A stretch of 64,000 bases of DNA, taken from NCBI GenBank assembly GCA_965235115.1, contig OZ249447.1:3224001-3288000 (forward strand), given 5' to 3'. Below the pieces are notes generated by a model. That model ran no database searches, was not told the origin of the DNA, and saw only the letters and a program-made list of their open reading frames with translations. Source of the DNA: Laetmonice hystrix. Lineage: Eukaryota. A program made the translations under genes and the position numbers. Shown here in pieces: positions 46,813 to 59,743 of the stretch. The stretch's first letter is position 1; each line of letters starts with the position of its first letter.

Positions 46813-47164
46813 AGGTGGTTTACAATTGGTAAAAGCTCACGTACTCAAACAAACCGAACAACTCCTTCAACCAATTTCCTTTGTTTCCGTCTCCCCTGTG
46901 TAATATACGGTGAGACTGTAACACGTCTGAAGGCTGAACTTCCCCAGACAGACCCTGACGGTTGGAAGTCACTGCCTGTGTTTATGTTACACGTGGATGG
47001 CAGAAATCAATCGGCGTACGTTCACATCGCTTGATATTGTTGGTATTACGGATAAGGAGTCTGGATAGATTTGTCATCAGGGCTTTACCTTTCAACGCCT
47101 AGATGAATAATGTAAAAAAAGTGGGAAATCATTGGCGAGGTGACGCCTTGGTGACCTGGGAGCT

Positions 47165-47461
47165 CTATATCTGGTATTATGGGGACACTTCTAACTCCCT
47201 GTATGGGTAGGGATCTACATCTGGTATTATGGGGACACTCCCAACGCCCTGTATAGGTAGGGATCTACATCTGGTATATGGGGACACTCCCAACGCCCTG
47301 TATAGGTAGGGATCTACATCTGGTATATGGGGACACTCCCAACTCCCTGTATGGGTACGGATCTACATCTGGTATATGGGGACACTCCCAACTCCCTGTA
47401 TGGGTAGGGATCTACATCTGGTATTATGGGGACACTCCCAACTCCCTGTATGGGTACGGGT
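47165..47461. repeat. 49/50-bp minisatellite, 6 copies
   Basis: CTACATCTGGTATTATGGGGACACTCCCAACTCCCTGTATGGGTAGGGAT. Confidence 0.94.
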
Positions 47462-48388
47462 GCCCTTGGCGAACATACATTTGCTTGTAGAGGGGGAAGT
47501 CATCCTTTAAGACATGTGGGTATCAAAGCGTGAGGTCATCCTTTAAGGCAGTAATCCTCTCAGTTGCGATTGTAGTAAGGTGTTACATAAAGCTTGGTGT
47601 TGGCGAGCAGCGTTTGTTGTTCTCAGGTGTACATCTATGTGACAGGTATTGTTGGTATGTCACGACCATAAAGTACCAGGTAAAGTGGACCACGCTTGGC
47701 GGGACACCTGACAATACGACACCTGTGGAAGTAATAGGATACAACTCTACATATAGTACGACTTGTCACTGTCACAGTGAGACGCACTGCTTGAGATCAT
47801 CTTAACCCATGCACTGGTCTTTTAAACATCATGGTGAATTGATCTATAATATTGGCAGCCCTTAGGGCTTTCACTGACAAAAAGTCACATAGGTAAATCA
47901 CAGTTCTTTGGGGCATAGTACATCTTTGATTTATTTATAATAGCAATATTATGTAGACGGTGGTGATTTTTTGGGGAAAACTTGTTGTTGTACGAAGATT
48001 GTTGGCAGTTCATTTTAAGATAAGAATTTGACTACATAATAGAGACCAAGTGAAGAGGGAGGTCTGGCTGGCGTTGTATTCTACCAGGGAGTGATAGGGT
48101 GCAAGAGCTTGACACGAGGATAGAGAGAAACAGAGACAGTTTAATGAGGGGGATCGGATCAGAATTGTGGATTGGTTGGTTCCCCATTAGAACCGATACC
48201 TTATTTATCGTAGCCTTGGAAACAACCCCTAAAATGTGTGTTGCTACGAAAAGTCTTCATAGCATTAGTTGACTAAACTTGGCCTGTGGAATTGATCAAG
48301 TATGTGTATAATAATTTAGAAGTGCGCCAGAAGATGTTGAGAGGTGACAGTGTTTGATACTAAGTGTGATTTCATCTTATCCCACCAG

Positions 48389-48563
48389 GTCCTACCGTTT
48401 GACGACAACCTTTGTGTCCGAGAACCGTGTCTGAACTTCGAACAATGTGTCTCCATCCTCAAGTTTGGCAACGCCTCGTCATTCATTGGTTCCGACACCA
48501 TGTTGTTCCGGCCCATCCATCCAATCAACGCCTTCGCCTGTCAGTGTCCGCGAGGGTTCACAG
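48389..48563 (+). CDS. Celsr: Celsr/Flamingo exon: EGF-like 1
   Basis: VLPFDDNLCVREPCLNFEQCVSILKF...LFRPIHPINAFACQCPRGFT(G) matches the CELSR VLPFDDNICLREPC...LFRPIHPING.RCRCPPGFTG signature; acceptor CACCAG (phase 0), donor G|GTCGGT (phase 1). Confidence 0.96.
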
Positions 48564-49127
48564 GTCGGTTCACTTTGTCCTTCACCTTGGCACGTTCAAA
48601 GTTCACTCTGTCTCTCTGTACTGTATGTATATTGGAAATAACATCATGTAGATCTGGGCTGGCGTCCTTCATACACCATGCAATTTGTTGTTGCGATTGT
48701 TGTGTACACCGAAAATTTGATACACCTTAAAGAACATGTAGCCATCCAATCGTGACCTTCAAATTGAGCTCCTTCCTTGAAGGTCAGAATCGCGAGCAGT
48801 TTGCATTGAAAAATTGCATTGTGGACGACAGTTATTTTTATTAGTGCAGATCACATGGTGCTGGCTCTTATAGAACTGGTAGACAGATGTACTCGTTGAC
48901 ATTAGATTTCAACAGATATTTTGGGGGTGTAGATTTTAAAGATTCTTGAACTCTTGATTAATGTGTTGCCGCCAGCTCTAAATGACTCATTACAAAGTCG
49001 TTGACGAGGTCAGTAAGAACATGTGGGCCCAGCCTGAGTGCAGGTCGTGGGGGTGATGGGTTTAGTATGGGGGTAGGTGATGTATGACATGTGACCCGTG
49101 TTATATGTGTATGTATGCCACCTGTAG

Positions 49128-49253
49128 GTATGGAGGCCGAGTACCTGTGTGACACAGAGGTCAACCTGTGTTTCTCCAGTCCCTGCGGTGGTAATGGCAC
49201 CTGTCAACGTCACGAGGGTGGCTACACCTGTCACTGCAATACCGGATTTACAG
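49128..49253 (+). CDS. Celsr: Celsr/Flamingo exon: EGF-like 2
   Basis: (G)MEAEYLCDTEVNLCFSSPCGGNGTCQRHEGGYTCHCNTGFT(G); the YLCDTEV insertion is of invertebrate Flamingo type; acceptor CTGTAG and donor G|GTACGT, both phase 1. Confidence 0.95.
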
Positions 49254-51416
49254 GTACGTCACAGTATATGGTTGATAATTACGTCACAACACTATTCAAT
49301 GAACAGTTACGTCACAATAGCATTACCGTCTACGTCAGAGTTAGGTAAGAGTTACGTCACTTTAACGAAAACGTCACAGTACTTTTACCAGGGACGTCAC
49401 CAAATACGTCACACTACTATGTAGTTGAGTCAGAATGCAGACATAAAGTCCAAATATACTCTGCGTCCACAACTCCACCAAAGACCCAAATGGTACTGCT
49501 ATTGATAGGAGAGTTCAGTATGTCATGGATGCAGGAATAAAAGAATCCGTCAGGTACATGTACACTGACTTTAAATTGAAATGATGACGTCAGAGACAGT
49601 CGTCGTGTACATCTGTCTGTGGTTATGGCCACTGATGTGGCCCCATAGTCTCTGAACTTTGTCATAAATAATTTGGTTGGTTTTGTAGAAAAAGTGGCTC
49701 CACTCTTGTCAGGGGATCTCCATATTTCATTCAGAATATCAAGAAGGAGTGAAATCAAGCTTGTGCTGTTAGGTTGATAAATGTTTAGCTTTCACAAAAA
49801 GTGAGTTTTTGTTTTTTTCATTAATTGACCTCTTCCTTGATGTGGAGCTGTGACAGAGTAAAGTGGAACATTTGACCTGATGGTTTATATTATACTAACT
49901 TTGCCTGCTACACCCAGTTACGACTTTGTGTTTGAGAAACATAACTTTGGAAACCATAAGCAGATGGTAAGCAACTTCTCCCGAATACATGATTGCGCTG
50001 GGATTATTTGTGCCCGGCTCACTCTGAATTCATGTCAGTCAAATTCCGTGTTTTATTCGCTCTGAATTTCTTTCACTGAAAACGGAAAATGTTGTGGATT
50101 ACAAGTGGTCACACAATGTAAGTTAAGAAAGCTCAATTCCAATCAGGTTTTAAGGAAACAACGTCATTTCCTGCTGATAGATGGCGCTTGGGTGGCTGGA
50201 ATATCAGCAGTCACCCTATTACCAGTCTTCTCTGCCCTGCCCCAGGACCTGGCATTCCCTGGGGCAGAGGTCAGTCAAGTCAGGCATTGTCTCGCTCAGT
50301 TAGAGAGTCCAAAGTCCATGAATTCTGAGACTAGGGCGGAAAAAAACCGGCCATGATTAGAAACAGGGGGTCATTTATCCTTCTTTAGACCAGTGAGTTT
50401 GATTTTTTAAATCCTGTAAAATAAAAACGACATTGTTTTTTTTATTATAAACTGGATATTTTTATGTTATCGTAGCATAAAGAAAAACTTGTGTTTGGGG
50501 CTGAGGATTTATAAGCTTACATAAAATACTCTGCGATTTTATGTATGACCTCGATAACAATTCAACCCATGCAGATACGGAGATACCTGTATAATAGGCC
50601 CCCTATGCAAGGCTACTGTCAACATGTACCAGGTTTTTGTAGGAATAACAAACTATTTTTGATTAAAACGGGCCATATAATACCTCATGCATGAAAGTGA
50701 CCGACAGTCTTCAAGTGGAGGTGATATATGAGGAATGCACCAGTAAAAAGTACGGACGACTAACAGCTGTGTGGGGGTTGATGTTGGTACCCCGCTCCCT
50801 CGCCCTGACCTGGGTGTGACCGCATAGACCCTGCCCACCAACAGGTCCTCTTACTGCCCTCACACGCCCTTGTCGTACAACCAGGCTGAGGGCAGTCAGC
50901 CCACAGCGGTTCAGGGATTCGTGTTGTCAGAACGAGGCGCGAACATTCTCTAGGGTTGTCTACTGAAAACATTGAAAATTTTAAAATATATCTGTGGGAC
51001 AAAAAGAAACCTGGTACCAGAAGATCGGAGGAGTTCAGCAAAACTTCTTGAAGGAGATAAATCCTCAATTAGAGTTGTTGATCAGTATGCAGGGCGTACC
51101 CCATGGGACAGCACAGGGAGAACCCTGAGATGGGAATGGACCAACTGTTGCATCTTCAGGGAGCAGTTAGTAATTGGGAAAGGGACCTTTAGTCAGTCAG
51201 GATCCCAACTTGCTCATGATGTTTGCACGGAACCAACGAAAATACCAGTAGGCTCTCGGTCTGTTGGCGCTGTGTGGACTGGAGTATTTGTTAATTAGTC
51301 GGATTAATTAAGAGATAGACCCTGAGAGACGCAGGACCTGTGAAAGTAACAGATGCGTGTATGTGGAGGCGGAGGGGGGCGGGGTGAGTCAAGATAGTGG
51401 AGGTCTTATTGGTGCC

Positions 51417-52130
51417 ATGCGACCCACAGAATGAACACACATGTGACCCCCAGAATGAACACACATGCGACCCCCAGAATGAACACACATGCGACCCACA
51501 GAATGAACACACATGCGACCCACAGAATGAACACACATGCGACCCACAGAATGAACACACATGCGACCCACAGAATGAACACACATGTGACCCACAGAAT
51601 GAACACACATGTGACCCACAGAATGAACACACATGTGACCCACAGAATGAACACACGTGACCCACAGAATGAACACACATGCGACCCACAGAATGAACAC
51701 ACATGCGACCCACAGAATGAACACACATGTGACCCACAGAATGAACACACATGCGACCCACAGAATGAACACACATGCGACCCACAGAATGAACACACAT
51801 GCGACCCACAGAATGAACACACATGCGACCCACAGAATGAACACACATGCGACCCACAGAATGAACACACATGTGACCCACAGAATGAACACACATGTGA
51901 CCCACAGAATGAACACACATGCGACCCACAGAATGAACACACATGCGACCCACAGAATGAACACACATGCGACCCACAGAATGAACACACATGTGACCCA
52001 CAGAATGAACACACATGTGACCCACAGAATGAACACACATGTGACCCACAGAATGAACACACATGTGACCCACAGAATGAACACACATGTGACCCACAGA
52101 ATGAACACACATGTGACCCACAGAATGAAC
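51417..52130. repeat. 24-bp minisatellite, about 30 copies
   Basis: GACCCACAGAATGAACACACATG(C/T); one unit near 51655 lacks 2 nt. Confidence 0.98.
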
Positions 52131-53470
52131 ACCAAATTAACACCCTTTCGTTACCACAAACCTTGATCATGAATCCGACTGGATTTTGGGCTGTTTTTAA
52201 AATTAAAACCGACACCATGTCATACAAGCCACAAAGACTTGAATATAATTTCAGAGAATATACGATTCAGTCGTCAGGTTATCTGTTCTGTAACTGTGGT
52301 CGGAGGGTGTGGCTGTTTCAGGGGTATTTTATGTAACCCCGATATGGGGTATTTTTGAAGGGTGTGACACTGATCGGGGTAGACTGTGTCCCCATATTAC
52401 GGAGCTGCCTGCCACCGTATCCAATATAAAGGGTCCAGTGATTGACCATATCCAGATGTTGAGGTCTGTATACCCTGTTACAGCCAGAAAACGGTCTCGA
52501 TTAGACACAAATGTTTAGGTCACGTTTATGGTAACACTGTTGCATTTCACCATTGCAGTAGAGAACCAAGGTTATCTGAAAAAGTAGATATGTTTTTATA
52601 TTTAGTAATTAGATTTAAAAAAGAAACGAAATGAATGGTGACATATATAGAGGGAGAATGAGGTACTCTAGCGGTCTGGTCTGTATCCTTGGTGGTTGTC
52701 ATGGTAACAAGTGATTAATACCCCCTTATTACCAGTATTGTCGACGACCCGTGGAAGAAGTCGGCCAGCTGACGGTCTCAGGTTCCACGTTCTGTGTGAA
52801 CCCAGTTGAATATTGCATTGTACAGAAGTGTTGAAGCCATACATGAAACCTGTGCTGTGAGCCACCGATGACAGCAGTGTATAGTGTTGAGAAGGCTGCA
52901 GAAAGATGAAGTGGACCTTAGTTTTCCAGGTTACATGTATAAAGGGGGATGTTAAATGTCAGGGGTAGTCAGGATCTATTGTAATCTTAAAGGTGGATCA
53001 GATTCTATCCTTTAGCCTCTACGAAATTAGGAAGCACGGAGTTCGTCCTTTAAGAAACAATTATCACACATTAGTTTGATTTGTGACACAAATTCCAGGA
53101 GAAAAAACGTGTAACGGTTTTCCGCAAGGATAAAATGATCTTTTTGTCCTTGAGCGCTGTAAATGTTGATTACCATTAGGCAGGCCTCATTGTGAGATCA
53201 AGAGGAAAAGCTCAGAGTATTAAAGGCGCCTGACGCCAGGTCGGAGCGGTGTTGATCCTTGGAGAAACGGGAAGAAAAAGGAAGGATTACTACTGGGGGC
53301 TGTGACAGTGATGGGTGAAGTGTTCTGGACAGGAATGGGCCAAGAGGGACAGGAGGGGAGAGAGGAGAGAGATAGGATCATTAATAAACAGCTTTTGTTA
53401 CATCTCATGGGAAGAACAATCGGAGCTTATATGAAAGCCGATATTTCCGGAGGAAGGGTGTGGCGATATG

Positions 53471-54878
53471 GGAATATTGTAACATCTGCTGCTCGGGATA
53501 CTGGAATGTTGTAACATCTGCTGCTGGGGATACTGGAAAGTTGTAACATCTGCTGCTGGGGATACTGGAATGTTGTAACATCTGCTGCTGGGGATACTGG
53601 AATGTTGTAACATCTGTTGCTGGGGATACTGGAATGTTGTAACATCTGCTGCTGGGGATACTGGAATGTTGTAACATCTGCTGCTCGGGATACTGGAATG
53701 TTGTAACATCTGCTGCTGGGGATACTGGAATGTTGTAACATCTGCTGCTGGGGATACTGGAATGTTGTAACATCTGCTGCTGGGGATACTGGAATGTTGT
53801 AACATCTGCTGCTGGGGATACTGGAATGTTGTAACATCTGCTGCTGGGGATACTGGAATGTTGTAACATCTGCTGCTCGGGATACTGGAATGTTGTAACA
53901 TCTGCTGCTCGGGATACTGGAATGTTGTAACATCTGCTGCTCGGGATACTGGAATGTTGTAACATCTGCTGCTAGGGATACTGGAATGTTGTAACATCTG
54001 CTGCTCGGGATACTGGAATGTTGTAATATCTGCTGCTGGGGATACTGGAATGTTGTAACATCTGCTGCTGGGGATACTGGAATGTTGTAACATCTGCTGC
54101 TGGGGATACTGGAATGTTGTAACATCTGCTGCTCGGGATACTGGAATGTTGTAACATCTGCTGCTCGGGATACTGGAATGTTGTAACATCTGCTGCTGGG
54201 GATACTGGAATGTTGTAACATCTGCTGCTGGGGATACTGGAATGTTGTAACATCTGCTGCTGGGGATACTGGAATGTTGTAACATCTGCTGCTGGGGATA
54301 CTGGAATGTTGTAACATCTGCTGCTCGGGATACTGGAATGTTGTAACATCTGCTGCTCGGGATACTGGAATGTTGTAACATCTGCTGCTGGGGATACTGG
54401 AATGTTGTAACATCTGCTGCTGGGGATACTGGAATGTAGTAACATCTGCTGCTGGGGATACTGGAATGTTGTAACATCTGCTGCTCGGGATACTGGAATG
54501 TTGTAACATCTGCTGCTGGGGATACTGGAATGTTGTAACATCTGCTGCTCGGGATACTGGAATGTTGTAACATCTGCTGCTGGGGATACTGGAATGTTGT
54601 AACATCTGCTGCTGGGGATACTGGAGTGTTGTAACATCTGCTGCTCGGGATACTGGAATGTTGTAACATCTGCTGCTCGGGATACTGGAATGTTGTAACA
54701 TCTGCTGCTCGGGATACTGGAATGTTGTAACATCTGCTGCTAGGGATACTGGAATGTTGTAACATCTGCTGCTGGGGATACTGGAATGTTGTAACATCTG
54801 CTGCTGGGGATACTGGAATATTGTAACATCTGCTGCTCGGGATACTGGAATGTTGTAACATCTGCTGCTGGGGATACT
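53471..54878. repeat. 32-bp minisatellite, about 44 copies
   Basis: GGGATACTGGAATGTTGTAACATCTGCTGCT(G/C/A). Confidence 0.98.
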
Positions 54879-56251
54879 TGTTACGTATACGATGGAGCGT
54901 TCTTCAAAGAGATCTTGAAATTAGGTCATTATCTCAATGAGCTTGTGGAGATAACAAAGTAATTCTGAACAAGAAGACAGACATCAAAGAACGCAGGAAT
55001 TGGGTTCCACCCGAATCCTGTCTGACTGAATTAACCCCTGACCCCGTCTATCTAACCCCGCCTTGTACTCGAGGCAAATCGTGGGGGTAATTAAGTATTT
55101 CAGTCGACCAAGTACATAGCCCTGGGGTATGACAGTCGCTATTAGTGGGGGTAGATCACACAGCCTAAGTACAAGGACTTAATTTGACCCCTGGCCAATT
55201 AACATAGCTGTAATAGTGGTAAGAAAATGTAAATTGGAGTTGAGGGTGGCTTGGTAAATACAGGAGCTGGCAGTGAAGGTGAGGGTATAAGTGGTGCCCA
55301 CCCAGATAGGGGGTTCTAATCGGGCAGGGGGTGGTTCAGGAGGGGGAGGGGGGGGGAGATGAACGCTATGTCTGGAACCGTTACGTCATATCACCACTGG
55401 TCGCGCCAAGCATTCATTAACCAAGCATTCATTAACCCGTACCGCTTGGAAATTCAAGCAGGAAGAATTGAGGTGTTGTCATAAGCAATATGACTTTGCA
55501 GTGTGATACCTTATACCGCTTAAAGCCGTGCACAGACCAATCGGTGAGAGCTATATTTAGGATATATGGAGCGCCCCTGGAGGGGGAAGTTGCCAACATC
55601 ACATGACAACACCTCACATGCCTGTTTTAAATTACCGTGGTAACCAGTTATGTGAGAGTGAAGTCTGTGCTCAATGTCAATTATTAAAAGGTTCGGCAAA
55701 GTCTGTTAACTTAATCACACAGCAAACTTTCCCCATCCACAAAAAATGGTCAAAATCGATGTAATGAATTCATGGATAGATTGGGTAGCCGACTAAGTTC
55801 CTTTCCAATAATTCTCCTCTCGTAATTTGTGTACATTAGTGTTTGTACTGTTAAATAGAAGATGAAATCGACAATTGAAATGGGCAAATTTGCATTTCTT
55901 TTCTTGGAGTCAGACAGAGGTCATCCCGTTGTCATGGGTCGCCTCGTGCTCAGCCTCGTTATGATATCAAAGACGCATCCACTGTGGGTAAATACAGCTG
56001 TTTGCTGAAGGAGGATTGTGTCAGTGTAGAGGGCCGGGTGGAGACGCTAGGACCGGCGTTCCTTCCTTCTCCACGCCAGCTGATTGAATCCCGCATACAA
56101 ACACGCTATCCGCGCGTCCCCGTCCAGTCAGCGTTCGCTGTGATTCATGGCAGACGACAAATGGAACGGAGCGTTCGTACGTCCTCCTGGGACGCGACGT
56201 CTCCCCGGACCAGCGTTCGCTCTGTGTACCGCCGTACGAACGCCGTCAACA

Positions 56252-56268
56252 CAGCGCCCCCTGGTGTC
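56252..56268 (-). promoter_or_regulatory. Candidate CTCF site
   Basis: Reverse complement GACACCAGGGGGCGCTG is a near-perfect match to the CTCF core CCACCAGGGGGCGC; motif match only. Confidence 0.45.
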
Positions 56269-56670
56269 CCCACGGCCAATAGACAGCGGCACTCACACGA
56301 CAAACGGAGAGCACTTTGTGATTTTGTCATTTGCCGTGGAAAAATGAAAAGTGTGGGATGTTCAAGGGCAAGTGTTGTCAAGGAGTTCCCATGGTAACGA
56401 TGGCTGTGGAGATGAATGACATGAGTCATAGAGAATCTGGATGGCAGTTAGTGGAGGTTGACTTGGGTGACATTGACACGGCTTATGTAAATGCCATGGA
56501 GAATGAGAGAGAGAGGGGGTACATATTGAGAGAGAATGAGACACATCATGCTGAGGTAGGACTCCTCCAGCAGAGGTCAGACAGGCTCGGAATCTGATCG
56601 GAACTCTCCATGTCAGACTGGGAATGATGTTTTCTTGATATCATTGTGGATAGAGAAAGTTCGCCTGGTA

Positions 56671-56940
56671 ACAAACAGCGCCAAGATGTTGAGGTGGTCT
56701 CCACCAACCTCCTGAGTTGATTGTCAATCTCTCCACCCCATTAGTAGGGCTACAGCCATGCGAACAAACAGCTCCAAGATGTTGAGGTGATCTTCACCAA
56801 CCTCCTGAGTTGATTGTTAGTCTCTCCACCCCATTAGTAGGGCTACAGCCATGCGAACAAACAGCTCCAAGATGTTGAGGTGATCTCCACCAACCTTCTG
56901 ATATGATTGTTAGTCTCTCCACCCCATTAGTAGGGCTACA
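56671..56940. repeat. 93-bp tandem repeat, 3 copies
   Basis: ACAAACAGC(G/T)CCAAGATGTTGAGG at 56671, 56764, 56857. Confidence 0.93.
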
Positions 56941-57547
56941 GGTTATCAATGGTAGACTGGACTCTACAGAAGGACCCTGCTCAATGAAAACGCTTTCAAT
57001 ATGGTTTTCATGACTTTATAGGGTAGATAAATCTCATTAAAATTGATTTAAAAATTCTTCATTCTCGCCGTCTTGATCTGAAGTTGGATGTTTTTTTTCA
57101 TTCTTTGGTTGAGTCAGTACGTAGAAACAAATTGAGAGAAGATTAGATAAAATCTCAGGGACAATATTGATCTGTTACACTAGTTAAATAATCATTAAGT
57201 GTGGGAGATCTATCATTTCGCAATGATAGCTTGAACCGTTTCTTTGAGAGTCGCGCTGTAAATTCAAATTACCAAACACGGGACATTTTGATGTCATAAC
57301 CATTATTCTACTTCCTCCTTAAATCAGAAACTCCTGAGTCGATATAAAAAAGATGGATACATTAGTTTGTTGGTAAGGATAAGAAGGTTGTTGTCAAGGA
57401 TACATTGATCACCAGAGAATGCCGGGATATTCTGGCAGGTATTGATGTCATCAGGATGCTGGTTGTAAATAACCATGGCAACATGTTTTTTATATCATCG
57501 GTATTAGGGTATACATCAAACAAGGTTTAAACCCAACTCGCCACCAC

Positions 57548-57866
57548 GTGTGTTACTGAACCTTTCTCCTGTGTGTTTAATCGTGTTTCAACCCATCATA
57601 TAAAATAAAGTCAGGTTTTTCAAACTCTTGGTGACGTTAGGGATTCAATGGGACGTGTGTTTAATACTGAACCTTTCTCGTGTGTGTTTAATCGTGTCTC
57701 AAACCCATCATATAAAATAATGTCAGGTTTTTCAAACTCTTGGTGGCATTAGGGATTCAATGGGATGTGTGTTTAATACTGAACCTTTCTCCTGTGTGTT
57801 TAATCGTGTCTCAACCCATCATATAAAATAATGTCAGGTTTTTCAAACTCTTGGTGACAATGGGAT
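57548..57866. repeat. About 112-bp tandem repeat, 3 copies
   Basis: ACTGAACCTTTCTC at 57555, 57666, 57778. Confidence 0.92.
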
Positions 57867-58225
57867 GTGAGCATGAGAAGATGTCGATCGTTCTCATCGC
57901 CTTTATTTAAATTTAATCCTGTCCATTCCAATGGATTAACACTTTAATTATTCTCACCATTCACCAACCAATGCTCGGGCTGTCTGTTAGTAAAATCGCT
58001 GTCGATTTAAAAAAGTATTTGGGGTTTCGAGCTTCCGTAAAGATTTATGGCATTAAGTATATTTTTCATCAGATTTATTTACGACTGGCTGAGCTGACAA
58101 TGCCATTCATTTACAAATGGCCTTTCTTTATTGTCAAGGTAATGAATCAGGAATGATTTGTGATATTTACTGTGCCCCTTGAAGGATAGAATTCGAATTA
58201 ATCATTATGTTTGTTAATGTTTCAG

Positions 58226-58535
58226 GTGAAAACTGTGAGATCGACATGAGACACAAGAAGTACACGGCTGGCTGTCCGTCTGACGTCTGTAAATCTGGAT
58301 CTCACTGTACGTCCCTGATCCGGGGTGGATTCCGGTGTGAGAAATGCCCGGATACCGGCGCCGGTAGTCTCGCCCCGGATAGTGAGGACGGCAGTACGGA
58401 GAAGTTCTGTATTGACTGCGCTGATATTGAACATCACACAAAGTTCTGTGAACTCACTACACGTAGCTTTCCTAAAGGTTCCTTCCTCATGTTTCCCTCC
58501 CTCAAACGGCGGCATCGATTCACCATCAGATTGGA
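58226..58535 (+). CDS. Celsr: Celsr/Flamingo exon: EGF-like 3 (with insertion) and start of laminin-G1
   Basis: (G)ENCEID...CPSDVCKSGSHC..LIRGGFRC...FCELTTRSFPKGSFLMFPSLKRRHRFTIRL matches CELSR CEVTTRSFP..SF..F..LRQRFHFTISL; acceptor TTTCAG (phase 1), donor GA|GTAAGT (phase 2). Confidence 0.95.
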
Positions 58536-58923
58536 GTAAGTAAAAACAATATTTTATCTCGTTTTATTTTGTAACCATGTTTTTGTACTGATAATGTTAT
58601 CTGGGTTACAGCTCAGTTTGGAGTTGAGAAAAATGTTTCACAGGTGAGTTATACACCAAGCTAGTACCTCCCCCCTCCGGTACCTGGCCCAGCGTCCCCA
58701 GTGGACGCCTCCCCACACATCAGACGCCGGCCCAGTGTACCGGTGTGATTTAGTACCATTACCGACCACCGCGGAGACTGTAGGTCAGAGATAGGTGGCA
58801 GACGGGCGGGTATAACGACCCTGCTCCCTGACCGCGCCCACCGCGGGAAACGAGTAATCTGCCAGACCGGACGATCTGTGAATGGCTACTAGATGATGGA
58901 GGATAGACAGCCACAACTTATCA

Positions 58924-59743
58924 CCACAGTTTCTGTAGGAGCATTTCCCCAGGCGGAGATCTTGTCATGTCGTGGTGTGTTTCTATGAACACTGGTTGAG
59001 TTTATAGCCTGCAGCAAGGAAACACCACAGTTCGGACCATGTCCCCAGGCGGAGATCTTGTCATGTCGTGGTGTGTTTCTATGAACACTGGTTGAGTTTA
59101 TAGCCTGCAGCAAGGAAACACCACAGTTTCTGTAGGACCAGGTCCCCAGGCGGAGATCTTGTCATGTCGTGGTGGTGTGTTTTCTATAAACACTGGTTGA
59201 GTTTATAGCCTGCAGCAAGGAAACACCACAGTTTCTGTAGGAGCATGTCTCCAGGCGGAGATCTTGTCACGCTGTGGTGGTGTGTTTCTATGAACACTGG
59301 TTGAGTTTATAGCCTGCAGCAAGGAAACACCACAGTTTCTGTAGGAGCAGGTCCCCAGGCGGAGATCTTGTCACGCTGTGGTGGTGTGTTTCTATGAACA
59401 CTGGTTGAGTTTATAGCCTGCAGCAAGGAAACACCACAGTTTCTGTAGGAGCATGTCTCCAGGCGGAGATCTTGTCACGCTGTGGTGGTGTGTTTTCTAT
59501 GAACACTGGTTGAGTTTATAGCCTGCAGCAAGGAAACACCACAGTTTCTGTAGGAGCAGGTCCCCAGGCGGAGATCTTGTCATGTGGTGGTGTGTTTCTA
59601 TAAACACTGGTTGAGTTTATAGCCTGCAGCAAGGAAACACCACAGTTTCTGTAGGACCATGTCTCCAGGCGGAGATCTTGTCATGTGATGTTGGTGTGTT
59701 TCTATGAACACTGGTTGAGTTTATAGCCTTCAGCAAGGAAACA
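58924..59743. repeat. About 85-90-bp tandem repeat, about 9 copies
   Basis: CCAGGCGGAGATCTTGTCA...GTGTTTCTATGAACACTGGTTGAGTTTATAGCCTGCAGCAAGGAAACACCACAG units. Confidence 0.95.

Noticed and set aside
50972-51298. LKILKYICG...RTLRWEW, faintly like an RTE LINE C-terminus
   Set aside because: Similarity limited to two short words with a non-ATG start; needs a profile search
51291-52336. Several ORFs of 170-300 aa on both strands
   Set aside because: Translations of the 24-bp minisatellite (8-aa periodicity)
52988-53050. TTAAAGG...CCTTTAA Kolobok-like mini element
   Set aside because: Only 3-4 bp of terminal symmetry beyond TTAA; could be chance
53398-54861. ORFs of up to 487 aa on the minus strand
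   Set aside because: Pure translations of the 32-bp minisatellite; no splice or domain evidence
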